DNA of 64,000 nt, taken from assembly GCF_030384885.1 (NCBI RefSeq), contig NZ_CP128613.1. One strand, given 5' to 3'. The notes under the pieces are model-generated. The model was not told where the DNA came from, made no database searches, and was given only the letters and a program-made list of their open reading frames with translations. The DNA comes from Escherichia coli (GTDB lineage: Bacteria > Pseudomonadota > Gammaproteobacteria > Enterobacterales > Enterobacteriaceae). The position numbers and the translations under genes were made by a program. Shown here piece by piece: positions 33,100-45,332 of the stretch (the first letter of the stretch is position 1; each line of letters starts with the position of its first letter).

Positions 33100-35363
33100 T
33101 CATCCTCCTGATGTTTGGTAGCGGTCCCATTGAAGGGCAAAATAAAATCACCCAAACAGAAAACAGATTCTTCAGTCACGGAAATAAGCTGACCGTTCAA
33201 CCGCATTGAAACGGGCGCAGAAGTTCGAATCGCAATACGCTGCGCGTCGAGAGTGACCTGTAATTCGCAGCCCTGCCAGAACAAAGGGAAAGATAACTGT
33301 TGCCACTGCTCAGGTAACGCTGGGTTCAGATGTAATTCGCCGTCGCGCACGCTGACTCCGGCAAAACCCTGAATCGCCCCCAGCCAGATAGCGCCAGTTG
33401 CGGCGGCATGGATACCGTCATCGCAGCTATGCGGATCAGCACCAAGATCGATTTCACTCCCCTCGCGCCAGAACGGGTAACTCTGCGCAAGCAAGCCACA
33501 ACGCGCGGCAACAATGCCGTGGATCGCTTTACTCAATGACGAGTCGTGAATGGTGCGCGGTTCATAAAATTGCAGATTGGCGAGACACGAGGCCGCTGAA
33601 AATTGTTCCGGTAGCATGTAATTGAGCATCACCACATCGGCCTGCTTGAGGATCTGCATCTCGTTCACTTCTGCGCGTGAATAATCCAGCAGAATGGTTT
33701 GTTTACCTGCCGCCGCTTTGTATTTCGCCAGATCTATCGCCGGTTTCGCCATAAACGAATCATCCTGCGGCAAAACGCCGTCGGGCTGAATTTCTGGCAT
33801 CCACAGCTCTTTGAGGAACATGTCGGCACGATGAATAAACGCATCGTCGCTACAGCCAAACTGGCGAGCAATATTCAGTGCCTGTTGGACGTTGTAGCAG
33901 GCCATATAACTTGTGTATGCGTTATTGTTAACGTGTTCGGTATATTCGTCTGGCCCAATAACATCATGAATTTCCAGACGATCGTTAACCCTTACCGCGC
34001 GGCTAATCCAGAACTTTGCGGTCTCCAGCAGTAGCGCCATGCCTTCGTGAGCAATGAAGCTTTCATCCCCCGTTACCTGCCAGTATTGAATAACCGCCCA
34101 GGCGATATCGGCAACCAGATGATGTTCTGCCTGCGCTGAGGCCACTTTTTGCCGCAGCCCAGTACGAATGTTAATGGCGGCAAATTCCGGCGTTTCTTCT
34201 TCGCCGCTACGTGCGCTCTCCCACGGAAACAGCGCGCCCTGCCAGCCATTGCGTCGCGCTTTCTCCTGCGCGCCAGGCAAGTTGTGCCAGCGATAGCGCA
34301 GTAAACTTCGGGCAATCGTCGGTTCGCTAAACAGATGGAACGGCAGCAGAAACACTTCCGTATCCCAGAAAACGTGGCCTTTGTAGCCTTCGCCGGTTAA
34401 GCCTTTCGCCGCAATGCTGCTACGCTCGTCATGGGCGGGCGTCATAATACGCAAATGATAAAGCGCATAGTCTAACGCCCGCTGAGCGTGCGCATCGCAA
34501 CTGTTTACCGTGATACGACGTTTCTGCCACCATTGCAGCCAGTTTTCTGTGGATGCTGCAAGAAGTTGGTCATAACTCTGCTGCGCGCACATTTCGAGCT
34601 GGCGAAGCGACGCACTGCCCCACTCGTCTAAAGCAGCTTGTCGGTCGTCCCGCCAGTCAATCCACACCCGCTTTTGCAAGGTCAGTGTTTCACCTGTGCG
34701 AAGTTGCGCGCTGGTATGTTGCAGCAAACGGCGCTCTTTTGCGGTATAGCACTGCTGAACGTCACCATCCGCCTGACAGTGACAACTGATTGCCACATCA
34801 CTGCGCCCATCCTGGGTGGTATAGATCCCCTGCATCAAATGCTGACCAAACACCCGCACCTGGGTTTCGTCGAGATGCTGGCGACCGTGGTTGGTTTGCG
34901 TGGCATCAATGCCTGTTGAGATCAGCACTGATGCCTCGGCATCCAGCGGGGTAATACTGATTTCCAGCGCGATCAGCGGCAGTTGATCTGTCGAAACAAA
35001 ACGACGGCTTTCAATGGTGAACCCTGCGCCGTCGCTGGTGCGCCAGATAACACTGCGGCGTAATTCTCCACTGGCAAAGTCAAGCTCACGCTGCCACGCT
35101 TCGCGCGATAACGAAAAAATCTCGCCGTTTAGGGTAATTTCCATTCCCACCACGTCTGGCAGATTCACCAGTTCGTTGATTTCTCCTTTACCCGCTCGAT
35201 GATACAGCCCTGCCAGATACATGCCGCGCGTCTGCCGCGTGTAATCTTCTTCATGGCTGGCACGAAGCCCAAGATAGCCGTTCCCCTGCGCCATTAATGA
35301 GGCATATTTATTCAGGGTATGCTGGCTGAAATGGGGTTCCGTTAATGTTACTGGCCTGGTCAT
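33096..35363 (-). CDS. ycjT: kojibiose phosphorylase (GH65)
   Basis: 755 aa GH65-type protein; start overlaps the ycjS stop. Confidence 0.88.
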   Translation of the reverse strand: MTRPVTLTEPHFSQHTLNKYASLMAQGNGYLGLRASHEEDYTRQTRGMYLAGLYHRAGKGEINELVNLPDVVGMEITLNGEIFSLSREAWQRELDFASGELRRSVIWRTSDGAGFTIESRRFVSTDQLPLIALEISITPLDAEASVLISTGIDATQTNHGRQHLDETQVRVFGQHLMQGIYTTQDGRSDVAISCHCQADGDVQQCYTAKERRLLQHTSAQLRTGETLTLQKRVWIDWRDDRQAALDEWGSASLRQLEMCAQQSYDQLLAASTENWLQWWQKRRITVNSCDAHAQRALDYALYHLRIMTPAHDERSSIAAKGLTGEGYKGHVFWDTEVFLLPFHLFSEPTIARSLLRYRWHNLPGAQEKARRNGWQGALFPWESARSGEEETPEFAAINIRTGLRQKVASAQAEHHLVADIAWAVIQYWQVTGDESFIAHEGMALLLETAKFWISRAVRVNDRLEIHDVIGPDEYTEHVNNNAYTSYMACYNVQQALNIARQFGCSDDAFIHRADMFLKELWMPEIQPDGVLPQDDSFMAKPAIDLAKYKAAAGKQTILLDYSRAEVNEMQILKQADVVMLNYMLPEQFSAASCLANLQFYEPRTIHDSSLSKAIHGIVAARCGLLAQSYPFWREGSEIDLGADPHSCDDGIHAAATGAIWLGAIQGFAGVSVRDGELHLNPALPEQWQQLSFPLFWQGCELQVTLDAQRIAIRTSAPVSMRLNGQLISVTEESVFCLGDFILPFNGTATKHQEDE

Positions 35364-36415
35364 AATTCCACACGCGTCCCTGTTTCTGCGGATTGATACA
35401 GCGCCGCCACCAGTTGCTGGATGATGTACCCTTGCTCGGCGTCGGCAATCATCACTGGCTTGCCCTGTACGTGATTGATAAAGGCTTCCATGCTGCGCAA
35501 ATGACGGTTGTCGTCGGCCAGTTCCCGTTGCATCAGCGTCATTAATTCACCGTTGTTATCGGTATAGATATGCGCCGGAAACAGCGTGGCTCCCGCTTTA
35601 TCACCGCAAAAGCTGACGTTCATAATCGACTGTTCGCGGATGTTGAGTGCAAATGATGTCTCGAGCCAAAGAATGCCGCCGTTATGAAATTCAATGGTGC
35701 CAAACAGCGAATCTTCGACGCTGTAGGCTGCCGGGTCCCACTCGCCAAATTGACCACAGCTCTTTTGCGGGCCGATCTTTTGAAAGCTGTGCGCATTCAC
35801 GCTTTTCACCGCCGGAAAGCCCAGCACATACATCGCGGCATCCAGCATATGAATGCCAATATCGATCAGCGGGCCGCCGCCCTGCAGTTCTTTATTGGTA
35901 AAGACACCCCAACCGGGAACACCGCAGCGACGCAGGGCGCGGGCGGTCGTGACGTAAATCTCACCCAAAACGCCGTTGGTCACCTGTTCACGCAGTTGTT
36001 GCGTATCAAGGGCAAAACGATGGTGAAAGTCGTAGGCCAGCACCTTGCCCTGTTTACGCGCGGTATCACACATCTCCCGCGCCTGTTCCGGCGTCATGGC
36101 GGGCGGTTTCTCGCACATCACATGGCAGCCTGCCTCCAGCGCCATCAGGGTATGCTCGTAATGAAAACGGTTAGGTGAACAGACGCTTACCACGTCAGGT
36201 TTTACCGCCAGCAGCATGGCCTGCGGATCGTCCCACACGGATGCATTCCCGTATTTCTCTGCCAACGCCTGCGCCTGGGAAAGGCGGCTGTCACAGACAG
36301 CCACCAGTTCCAGATCGTTGCGGGTGCAGTAGTACGAAGCATGAACCTTATCCGCCACCTGGCCCGCGCCTATTATCGCGACCCGCAGCGGAGAGCTTGT
36401 CATTGCACTTTTCAC
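35360..36415 (-). CDS. ycjS: Gfo/Idh/MocA-family NAD-dependent oxidoreductase (glucoside 3-dehydrogenase)
   Basis: 351 aa; Rossmann motif IIGAGQVA at the N-terminus. Confidence 0.88.
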   Translation of the reverse strand: MKSAMTSSPLRVAIIGAGQVADKVHASYYCTRNDLELVAVCDSRLSQAQALAEKYGNASVWDDPQAMLLAVKPDVVSVCSPNRFHYEHTLMALEAGCHVMCEKPPAMTPEQAREMCDTARKQGKVLAYDFHHRFALDTQQLREQVTNGVLGEIYVTTARALRRCGVPGWGVFTNKELQGGGPLIDIGIHMLDAAMYVLGFPAVKSVNAHSFQKIGPQKSCGQFGEWDPAAYSVEDSLFGTIEFHNGGILWLETSFALNIREQSIMNVSFCGDKAGATLFPAHIYTDNNGELMTLMQRELADDNRHLRSMEAFINHVQGKPVMIADAEQGYIIQQLVAALYQSAETGTRVEL

Positions 36416-36424
36416 AAAGACCTC

Positions 36425-37213
36425 TTAGCAGGTGCGCAACCAGGCCAAAGAATCACGGTACGCCTGAGCAGGATCTTCTGCCCGAATGCGCCCTTCATAC
36501 ACCACATAGCCCTGATAGTTATCGGCGCGCAGCTGTTCAAACAGCGCGTGGAAATCGAGGGTGCCGCTGCCCGGCTGGTAGCGATGGTTATCCGCAATAT
36601 GCACATGACCGAGCAGGTCGCGGTTGTCATGCAGCGCCTGCGCCAGGTTATCTTCTTCGATATTCATGTGATAGAAATCGCCGATAATCTGCACATGTTT
36701 AAGATCGTTTTCGACGATGTAACGGCGGGCATCGGCGAGGGTGTTGATCATGTGATCCTGATAACGGTTTAACGGTTCGAGATACACCACCGTTCCGGTA
36801 CGTGCGGCCACCTTTTCCAGGAAACGAAGGGAATCGCTCACCATTTGACGATCGCCGTCCAGGCTGCGCGGCGAGGTCATCGGCGGTAAGCGAAAGGTAA
36901 ACATGCCCCACGCTGCCGGAACGACAATACCTTTGCCGCCCACTTCCGCCAGCGCCTCAAGAATGCGCTCGATCTGCTTTAAACCATTAAGACGACGCTC
37001 TTCGATAAAGTCGCCAATCCAGCCGTCATAGCCGCCGCAGGCGGTGGTCACCGGTAAACCGGTTTCTTTGATCGCTGCTTTGACTTCTTCGATATTGTTG
37101 ACCAGCAGTTTGCCGTCAATTTCAAAACCATCAAATCCCATCTCTTTGATATAACGAAATTTCTCCAGAATATTTTCCGGAAAGAACGCCTGATTCTGTG
37201 TGCCGATTTTCAT
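36425..37213 (-). CDS. ycjR: sugar phosphate isomerase/epimerase family protein (3-keto-glucoside epimerase)
   Basis: 262 aa xylose isomerase-like TIM barrel. Confidence 0.85.
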   Translation of the reverse strand: MKIGTQNQAFFPENILEKFRYIKEMGFDGFEIDGKLLVNNIEEVKAAIKETGLPVTTACGGYDGWIGDFIEERRLNGLKQIERILEALAEVGGKGIVVPAAWGMFTFRLPPMTSPRSLDGDRQMVSDSLRFLEKVAARTGTVVYLEPLNRYQDHMINTLADARRYIVENDLKHVQIIGDFYHMNIEEDNLAQALHDNRDLLGHVHIADNHRYQPGSGTLDFHALFEQLRADNYQGYVVYEGRIRAEDPAQAYRDSLAWLRTC

Positions 37214-37229
37214 TTTTCCGTCCTTAGAA

Positions 37230-38282
37230 TTAAAAAGTTACGCCCATTTTGATGCTCTGTTCCGGATGCTGGTCGACATACTGCATGTAGCTTTCCGGGC
37301 TGTTAGCAAAGGTCACCACCGGGTCGATTAAATCTTCACAATTGAGATAACCGTTCATCAGCAGTTCCCAGCAGGTTTCTTCAATACGCTTGCGACTCCA
37401 GCGCGGATAATCCGGGTTCGGTTCACTGCACGCACGAGAGAAGACAATTTTGGCGTTGTTGAAATGCGCTTCACGTCCGAGGTTGAAACCTTCGGCAAAT
37501 GGTTTGGCAAATGCGACATACGAGATGGTGCCGCCATAAGCCAGGCCGCGCAGTGCCGATTGCAGCGCGTCGGCGTAGCCGCTGGTTTCGATAATCACAT
37601 CGGCACCCTGCTTGCCGGTCAGCGTTTTAATCTCTTTGCCTACATCTGTGCCAATGGGGTTAAGGCAGAAATCCGCCCCGTGGCGACGGGCAATATCACA
37701 GCGATGAGCGATAGGATCGACACCAATCACCACCGACGCGCCAGCGCGTTTTGCCAGTTGAATGGCAATTTGACCAATCGCGCCAAGCCCTACCACCACC
37801 ACAAAATCGCCCACGCGCACGTTGGCATCGCGCACGCCGCTCATGGCAAACTGCGCCGGGTCGTAACAGACGGCGTTTTTCCACGAGCTACCTTGCGGCA
37901 TCTTGCGCAGTTTGTAGTTATTCACCGCGTTAATGATGACCGTTTCGGAAAGCGGGCCGTAGCCGCATACGCTGTCACCCACCGCGTAGTCGGTAACGTC
38001 GCTGCCGCACTCGATAATGTCGCCAACCACCATGTTGCCAAGCTGGAACTTGCCAAACTCAATGCCGCGCGGCGCATCTGCCGGACGGGGGGTGAACATC
38101 TGCCATTCGCCATTAAAGTCTTCATCGATAAACGGGCTGGCGGCGCGGAAATCGACCACTTCCGTCCCGTGCTTCGGCGCGCCGAACCGCACGCGGATCT
38201 TCACTTCATTGGCTGAAATCGCCCTGTCTTCATACTCCACCAACGCGGCAACGCGCGGTGCTGTGGCTACTAACTTTTTCAT
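37230..38282 (-). CDS. ycjQ: zinc-binding alcohol dehydrogenase family protein
   Basis: 350 aa; MDR fold with GLGAIG Rossmann motif. Confidence 0.85.
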   Translation of the reverse strand: MKKLVATAPRVAALVEYEDRAISANEVKIRVRFGAPKHGTEVVDFRAASPFIDEDFNGEWQMFTPRPADAPRGIEFGKFQLGNMVVGDIIECGSDVTDYAVGDSVCGYGPLSETVIINAVNNYKLRKMPQGSSWKNAVCYDPAQFAMSGVRDANVRVGDFVVVVGLGAIGQIAIQLAKRAGASVVIGVDPIAHRCDIARRHGADFCLNPIGTDVGKEIKTLTGKQGADVIIETSGYADALQSALRGLAYGGTISYVAFAKPFAEGFNLGREAHFNNAKIVFSRACSEPNPDYPRWSRKRIEETCWELLMNGYLNCEDLIDPVVTFANSPESYMQYVDQHPEQSIKMGVTF

Positions 38283-38312
38283 GTAAAACTCCTTGTCAAG
38301 AAACTGGCCGCT

Positions 38313-39155
38313 TTAGCCCTTCACGCCACCGGCGGTCAAACCACTCTTAATAAAACGTTCCGAAAGTGCATACATAATCACCACCGGCAATGCGGTCACC
38401 AGCGAGGCCGCCATCATTCGGCCCCAGATGTAATCAGGGGTACTGAACAGCGCGTTCAGGCCTACCGGTAAAGTGAAATTGCTGGCGCTGGAGAGGAAAA
38501 TCGAGGCAAACAGATAGTCGTTCCACGCCACCATAAAGCAGTAGACGAACACGGATATCAGCCCGGACATCGCCAGCGGTACCGTGATGCGGAAGATGAT
38601 TTGCAGCCGGTTGAGGCCATCCATCATCGCCGCTTCTTCGATTTCATCGGGGATGGTGTCGAAGTAGCTTTTCAGCATAAACACGGCGGTAGGCAGGGTT
38701 TGCGTCACCATGGTGATGATCAGCGCCATCTCGGTGTCGTAAACGCCAAGCGCGGTGATGATTTTGAACAGCGGCACCACCAGCAAAATGCCGGAGAACA
38801 TGTACACCGTGTAGAAGCTGGCGTTGATGGTCATTCGCCCTTTAAAGCGCAGGCGGGAAAGCGCGTAAGCCCCGAGAATGCCGAGAAATACTGCTATCAC
38901 GGATGAAACTACCGACACCACCATGCTGTTACGGAAATAATCGACAAACGGGAAAATCACCGGGTTAAAAATGTCGACGTAATACTCCAGCGTCCACTGC
39001 TGTGGCAGCAGCGTAGGATGCAGCGAGATCGCCTCTTTCGCGCTTTTGAACGAGGTCATCAGCATCACAAAAAACGGAAACAACGTGATGATGAGAAACA
39101 GCGCCAGCCCGCAGTAAAAACCGATGCGACTGAGTGTGCGTTTATTTGTTGCCAT
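38313..39155 (-). CDS. ycjP: ABC transporter permease (MalG-like)
   Basis: 280 aa polytopic membrane protein; part of the ycjM-V cluster. Confidence 0.88.
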   Translation of the reverse strand: MATNKRTLSRIGFYCGLALFLIITLFPFFVMLMTSFKSAKEAISLHPTLLPQQWTLEYYVDIFNPVIFPFVDYFRNSMVVSVVSSVIAVFLGILGAYALSRLRFKGRMTINASFYTVYMFSGILLVVPLFKIITALGVYDTEMALIITMVTQTLPTAVFMLKSYFDTIPDEIEEAAMMDGLNRLQIIFRITVPLAMSGLISVFVYCFMVAWNDYLFASIFLSSASNFTLPVGLNALFSTPDYIWGRMMAASLVTALPVVIMYALSERFIKSGLTAGGVKG

Positions 39156-40022
39156 TGAGGTTCACCCGTTTTCTGGTCAGCAGAATGACAGCGAAAATAA
39201 TGATGAAGAGCACCACCGAGATCGCCGCCGCTTTCCCTAAGTCATTAAAGGCAAAGGCGGTTTTGTAGAGATAGACGCCGAGAATATCGACCTTGGTCGT
39301 CAGCAAATAAACGTCAGCGAACATGTAGAACATCCAGATGGTACGCAGAGTCACCACCGTCGCCAGGACCGGCATAATCGCGGGCAGCGTGACGATGCGA
39401 AACCGTTGCCAGGCATTCGCGCCGTCCATCTCTGCCGCTTCGTACAACGATTTATCAATGGTCTGCAAAATCGCCAGAAACGAGATAAAGGCATACGGGA
39501 GTAGCGCCAGATGGCGAACAGCACCACCAGCACAAAACTACTGCCCGGGTTATCGAACCACAGCGGCGCCTGCTCATAGAGATGCAGAAGATCGACGCCG
39601 AGGTAGTTCACAATGCCGTAGCCGTTGTTGAACATGTATTTCCAGGCGAACACCAGCGAAATGGATGGCGTTACGTAGGAGAGGATCACCAACGAACGCG
39701 CGGTTTTGCGCAGGCGAAACTCGCGGTTGAAAAACATCGCCACCGCCAGCCCGAGCACGGTGCTACCTGCCACCACCAGCGCGGTATACCAGACCGTCAT
39801 CCACAGCGAGTGCCAGAAGCCGGGATCGGAGAGAATACGCACATAGTTGCTCACCCCAACAAACGTTGACTCGATGTTGGGATTGAGCGGCAGACGTAAA
39901 AAACTGATTTCGATATTCGACACCATTGGCCACGCCACCAGACCGCCCAGCAGTAATAAGCTGGGCGCGAGAAGCAGCAGCGCAAAGGGCATATCGGAAC
40001 GACCTGAAAAAAGCCTGTTCAT
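39142..40022 (-). pseudogene. ycjO: ABC transporter permease YcjO, interrupted by a -1 frameshift near 39510
   Basis: Two overlapping ORFs (39351..40022, N-terminal part; 39142..39468, C-terminal part) each carry a recognisable part of one MalF-like permease; the reading frame breaks after ...FAIWRY. Confidence 0.75.
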
Positions 40023-40042
40023 TGCGGATTCCTGTCCTGGGA

Positions 40043-41335
40043 TTAGTGCTGTTCGATCAGTTCATCCAGCTTTTTCTGGCTCGCTTGCAGCGTGGTTGAG
40101 AGATCGGCTTTCCCCACGGTGACGTTATGCACCATTGAACTCACCACACCAGACCCCGTGACATCGCCCATGCGGGTAAAGTTTTTGTCCCCTACCGCAC
40201 CAAAGACCTGAATGTTTGGCAGTTCGCTAATCAACTGATTCGGCAAGTCTCCCAGCGCCTTAATCACGTCGTTATCTTTCCAGGTGGCAGTCGTCACAAC
40301 CGCTTTGTTAACCGGCAGCGCCGCGCCTGGCGACATCATCACCCAGTCGGCAATGTTGTCCGCCTGCTCCATAAAGGTGACAAATTTTTCTGCCGCTTCC
40401 GTCTCTTCGCTCTTTTGCCCGGCGGTAATGGTCAGCGAGGTCAACATGCCGTAGACCGCCGAGTTTTTCTCGGTTGGCACCACGAAACCGACATTTTTCG
40501 GGTCACCTTCTTTAATCACAGCCGGAAGGATATAGGTGGAGTAAATCGCCATCGGCGCGGTGCCGTTCATAAAGGCGTCTTTCACTTCCATAATGTCGTT
40601 AGAACCCGGCATGGTGTTGGCAGCAAGGTCGCGGTAATAGGTCAGCGCCTGCATCATCTCCGGCGTATCAAGGGTGATTTTGCCTTCGGCGTTAAAAACG
40701 TTGGCCTGATTGGATAACGCAAACTGGGAGAACGATTGTTCCGTCAGTACGCTTTCTGCCGTCGGAAGAGCAATACCGTATTTTTTATTCGCCGGATCGT
40801 TCAGTTTCTGTGCGACATCCAGCAACTGTTGCCAGTTTTTCGGCTCATCCAGCCCGGCTTTTGCCAGCACATCTTTGCGATACCAGATACCGCCAATCCA
40901 TGCGCTGACAGGAACACCAGTCCAGGCGCTACCATCTTCGGTGCGCACAATCCGTAGAACGCCGTCATAAAACGCGCCTTCACCGACATTACTGATGACC
41001 GTAGCAACCGCTTTGCGATCGATAAGCTGTTCTTTGTCCATCACTTTCGCGTAGTCATGGCTGGTTTCGATCACTTCCGGCAGCGAGCCGCTACGGGAAA
41101 GGGTGATGACTTTGGTGTTATAGGCATCTTCTTCCACCGGCACCTGTTTAACAGTGATGCCTGGGTTTTCTTTTTCAAAACGCGCAATTAACTGACTAAT
41201 TACCGCCTGGCGTTCCTGTTCCACCGAAGAATGCATAAACTCGATGGAGACATTCGTTTTATTTTCTTCTTTACAGCCTGAAATCAGGGCGCAGGAAACC
41301 AGTGCTGATAACAGCACGATTTTTGATTTAATCAT
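40043..41335 (-). CDS. ycjN: ABC transporter periplasmic sugar-binding protein
   Basis: 430 aa; lipoprotein-like signal (LSALVSCALISGC) and family 1 solute-binding protein. Confidence 0.88.
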   Translation of the reverse strand: MIKSKIVLLSALVSCALISGCKEENKTNVSIEFMHSSVEQERQAVISQLIARFEKENPGITVKQVPVEEDAYNTKVITLSRSGSLPEVIETSHDYAKVMDKEQLIDRKAVATVISNVGEGAFYDGVLRIVRTEDGSAWTGVPVSAWIGGIWYRKDVLAKAGLDEPKNWQQLLDVAQKLNDPANKKYGIALPTAESVLTEQSFSQFALSNQANVFNAEGKITLDTPEMMQALTYYRDLAANTMPGSNDIMEVKDAFMNGTAPMAIYSTYILPAVIKEGDPKNVGFVVPTEKNSAVYGMLTSLTITAGQKSEETEAAEKFVTFMEQADNIADWVMMSPGAALPVNKAVVTTATWKDNDVIKALGDLPNQLISELPNIQVFGAVGDKNFTRMGDVTGSGVVSSMVHNVTVGKADLSTTLQASQKKLDELIEQH

Positions 41336-41348
41336 GAGATGTTCCTTT

Positions 41349-43028
41349 TTATTTAATCCACATAACCTGCCAGGGGCGCAGCGTTATTTCATTACCCACT
41401 ATATCAACTTCACTAATCAGATCCCGACCGTGCAGGTCAGTAATATTTATATGCTGAATATTTTCACCGACATTAAACAATCCTGTCAGACAATTACCAT
41501 CCGCGTTGCTTCTTTGAATACGCATTACGGATGAATTAACCGTATCGATGGTAAAATCATTATCTGGATGAAACTCGTTATGACTGCGACGAATTTTAAT
41601 TAGTCGCGACAATTCATGATATACCGCGTGCCTTAACGTCGCTTTATTGTTCAGTTCGGTCGTGATCTCTTCGCTGGTGTATTTTTTACGGTTAATCGCA
41701 CGGTTATATCCCAGTTTTTCGACACCTGCGTAATCATTACGCGAGCCCAGAATACTTTGAATATATATCGCTGGCACACCGGGGAAAATTAACAAAATCG
41801 CATGGGCAAGGATAAACCGGGCACAGCGTTCTTCGTCACTGCAATCGCGATGGCTCAATGCGTCCATGTAGGTCACATTCATTTCATACGGACTGCGCGT
41901 ACCATCGGGATTATTTTTCCAGTTTACTAATGCCCCTTCCTGCTGTAACGCCTCGACTAGCGCTAATATCTCGCTTTCAGGCAACAAGCCTCGCAGTGGG
42001 TTAAGTCCAATACCATCATGAGACGCGAGGAAGTTAAACCAGGTGGTTTTGCTGGAAGGCAACGTCAGACTTTGCGCCCACTGGCACAGCGCCTCGACGT
42101 TCTGTTTTTGCACCGCATGTAACACCAGCGGCGGCAGTGAGAACTGGTACACCATATGCGCTTCGTCATCGCCGTTGCCAAAGTAAGCAATGTTGTCTTT
42201 ATGCGGGACATTGGTCTCAGTAATGATGACTGTCCCCGGCGCGACGCTATCAGTAATGGCGCGTAACAGTTTGATAATTTGATGTGTTTTATCCAGGTGG
42301 ATGCAACTCGTTCCCGGCTCTTTCCACATAAAGCCAACGGCATCCAGACGGACATACTCTGCGCCTTTTTCCAGGTAACACAACAGCACATCTACCATCG
42401 CCAGTAATACATCTGGGCTGCGATAATTGAGGTCAATTTGATCGTCGCTAAAGGTGGTCCATAAATGGCGCGTTGAATGATCGCGCATCTGGAATGGCGT
42501 TAATAACGGTAACGCACGCGGGCGAGTGACGGCGCTGAGATCGGTTTGCGGGTCAACGGCAATAAAAAAATCTTCAAAACCTGGCTGCTGTTGTAAATAG
42601 TTTTTAAACCATTCACTTTTTGCCGACATATGGTTGCAGACAAAATCAAACATTAAATGACTGCATTCACCGAGTTGCTGAATATCCTGCCACTCCCCCG
42701 CTTCACTGGCGACCTGATGATAATCAATTACCGAAAAGCCATCATCAGATGACCATGGATAAAACGGCAACAAATGAACATGTGAAAAAATGCTTTGCAG
42801 CCAGTGATGGTAAAACTGATTAAATGTGGGTAGTGGTTTTAAATCATTACTGTGAAATTGATCGGCATAGGTAATTAACACGACATCACTTTCATCCCAG
42901 TGTTTTTTACGTCGCTGTGTAATTAATCTTTTCGCACTCTCAAGACGCGTTACAAGTTTCTGTAAATGAGTCGCGGTAAATGTTCCACCGTAGATTTCGT
43001 CCAGGTAATCCGTAATTTTCTGTTTCAT
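41349..43028 (-). CDS. ycjM: glucosylglycerate phosphorylase (GH13 sucrose phosphorylase-like)
   Basis: 559 aa from the ATG at 43028 (MKQKITDYLDEIYGG); GH13 catalytic regions. Confidence 0.88.
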   Translation of the reverse strand: MKQKITDYLDEIYGGTFTATHLQKLVTRLESAKRLITQRRKKHWDESDVVLITYADQFHSNDLKPLPTFNQFYHHWLQSIFSHVHLLPFYPWSSDDGFSVIDYHQVASEAGEWQDIQQLGECSHLMFDFVCNHMSAKSEWFKNYLQQQPGFEDFFIAVDPQTDLSAVTRPRALPLLTPFQMRDHSTRHLWTTFSDDQIDLNYRSPDVLLAMVDVLLCYLEKGAEYVRLDAVGFMWKEPGTSCIHLDKTHQIIKLLRAITDSVAPGTVIITETNVPHKDNIAYFGNGDDEAHMVYQFSLPPLVLHAVQKQNVEALCQWAQSLTLPSSKTTWFNFLASHDGIGLNPLRGLLPESEILALVEALQQEGALVNWKNNPDGTRSPYEMNVTYMDALSHRDCSDEERCARFILAHAILLIFPGVPAIYIQSILGSRNDYAGVEKLGYNRAINRKKYTSEEITTELNNKATLRHAVYHELSRLIKIRRSHNEFHPDNDFTIDTVNSSVMRIQRSNADGNCLTGLFNVGENIQHINITDLHGRDLISEVDIVGNEITLRPWQVMWIK

Positions 43029-43200
43029 GTTGCCTTTCCGTGGTAGCGGTCCCATGAAACGAGAGACTACTCCGCAGAAAATAAACTGTCAATTGAGCAC
43101 AAGGGTTTTAGTCACGCAGGAAATCATTTTTTACCAGGGAAAAAGCGTATTTGTGAGCTGACGCAAATAATCTATGGGGATGTAAATAAGGTGTGACAGA

Positions 43201-43224
43201 AAAAGTAAACGGCGCATAAGCGCC
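43201..43224 (-). terminator. Rho-independent terminator downstream of pspE
   Basis: Minus-strand hairpin GGCGCTTATGCGCC followed by GTTTACTTTT. Confidence 0.6.
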
Positions 43225-43241
43225 GCTTAGGGGGGATTCTT

Positions 43242-43556
43242 TTAACCTTTGACCTTCGGCATTGCGATGTCTTTCAGGCCGCCAGCGTTCTCAACGTGGG
43301 TATATCCCATCTCGCTAAGGATCTCTTTTGCCTGCCCTGACTGGCGTCCGGCATTGCAATACACTTTCACGGTGTCGTTTTTATCCGGAACGGCGGTGGC
43401 AATGCGCTCTTTCACTTCCTTCAGGGGAATATTGATGGCTCCCTGAACGTGCTCTTGCTGATACTGCTCTGGAACACGAACATCGATCCAGTGTTCAGCG
43501 GCGAAAACGGGCAGTGAAAACACCACTGTCAGAGCAAGTAAGCCTTTTTTAAACAT
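43242..43556 (-). CDS. pspE: thiosulfate sulfurtransferase PspE (rhodanese)
   Basis: 104 aa; signal peptide and rhodanese active-site Cys (VYCNAGRQSGQ). Confidence 0.92.
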   Translation of the reverse strand: MFKKGLLALTVVFSLPVFAAEHWIDVRVPEQYQQEHVQGAINIPLKEVKERIATAVPDKNDTVKVYCNAGRQSGQAKEILSEMGYTHVENAGGLKDIAMPKVKG

Positions 43557-43630
43557 GTAAGCGTCCTTCTATGGATGAAAATTGCCATCCATAATACGCC
43601 TTAGCTTTAACAATTTTTGCGAAACTCCCC

Positions 43631-43852
43631 TCACCTTTTATAACGCTGCGCCAGTTTATTGGCAGCCCGACTTAACAGCGGTTCCAGCGCCACGGCCAGC
43701 AACATTTTCAGCGGTCGGCGAGCAACTGATTTTATCGCCCAACCAGCTACACCCGCCGGGCCATAGCGCAGTGCGGTAAGAAGTACCAGCTTGCCTGCTA
43801 ATTTGAAACCAGGCTTCACCTTTTGCCCGGCCTGTTGCCAGCGAGTATTCAT
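43631..43852 (-). CDS. pspD: phage shock protein D
   Basis: 73 aa starting [15 protein letters not shown]. Confidence 0.88.
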
Positions 43853-43860
43853 AACTTTCC

Positions 43861-44220
43861 TCACAGTTGACGGAAACGGCTACGTAACGTGAAAGTATCG
43901 GAAGTGACATAACGTTCCATCTCGCGTAAACGCGTTTCACTGGCCGCCAGTTCACGGTCGACATCATCCAGCAATTCGCTGCTGGAAGGTAGCTGCTCAC
44001 CAAAGGCCATGTTGTCCGGCATTGGATCAAGCGCAAATGACAAAATGATGTAAGCAACCAGGGTAAACAGCGCCAGACCGAAGAAAATCGACAGCACCAC
44101 CAGGATACGCACCAGTTTTACCGGTACATCAAAATAGTTGGCAATCCCGGCGCAGACGCCACGTACCATGCCCTGCTGTGGAATACGCCATAATTTTTTA
44201 TTGAGATTAATACCCGCCAT
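43861..44220 (-). CDS. pspC: phage shock protein C
   Basis: 119 aa, single TM; start overlaps the pspB stop. Confidence 0.9.
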
Positions 44221-44444
44221 TAGCGATCCCTCCAGTTCGGATGTTCTGCATCAAGAATGGATTCCAGTGCCTGAATACGTTCGCGCATCCGTTTTGCTTC
44301 ATCAGCCAGTTGCGCTAATCGTTGCTGCTCACTTTGCGACAATTCACCGCGACCGGAACGATTGCTGTAATGCAGCCATAACCAGATCGGTAAAACAAAC
44401 AGCACAAAAATGGTTAACGGAATAGCCAGAAATAGCGCGCTCAT
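44220..44444 (-). CDS. pspB: phage shock protein B
   Basis: 74 aa, N-terminal TM helix. Confidence 0.9.
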   Translation of the reverse strand: MSALFLAIPLTIFVLFVLPIWLWLHYSNRSGRGELSQSEQQRLAQLADEAKRMRERIQALESILDAEHPNWRDR

Positions 44445-44497
44445 AAGTACTCCTTAGACGATGAGCGGCGGCGCGTTCGGACGCCGCCTGGATGTTA

Positions 44498-45238
<741 letters not shown>

Positions 45239-45332
45239 TTATCTTTTTGATTTATAAAGATCTGATTGAAGAATCAACAGCAACATGCCAGGATGAGTTA
45301 GCGAATTACACTAACAAGTGGCGAATTTCATC

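Noticed and set aside
35647-36772. Long antisense ORFs (84-170 aa) within ycjS/ycjR, and similar ones within puuB, puuC, ycjQ and pspA
   Set aside because: They lie opposite intact, recognisable genes and give Arg/Ala/Pro-rich translations typical of reverse-strand reading; no independent support
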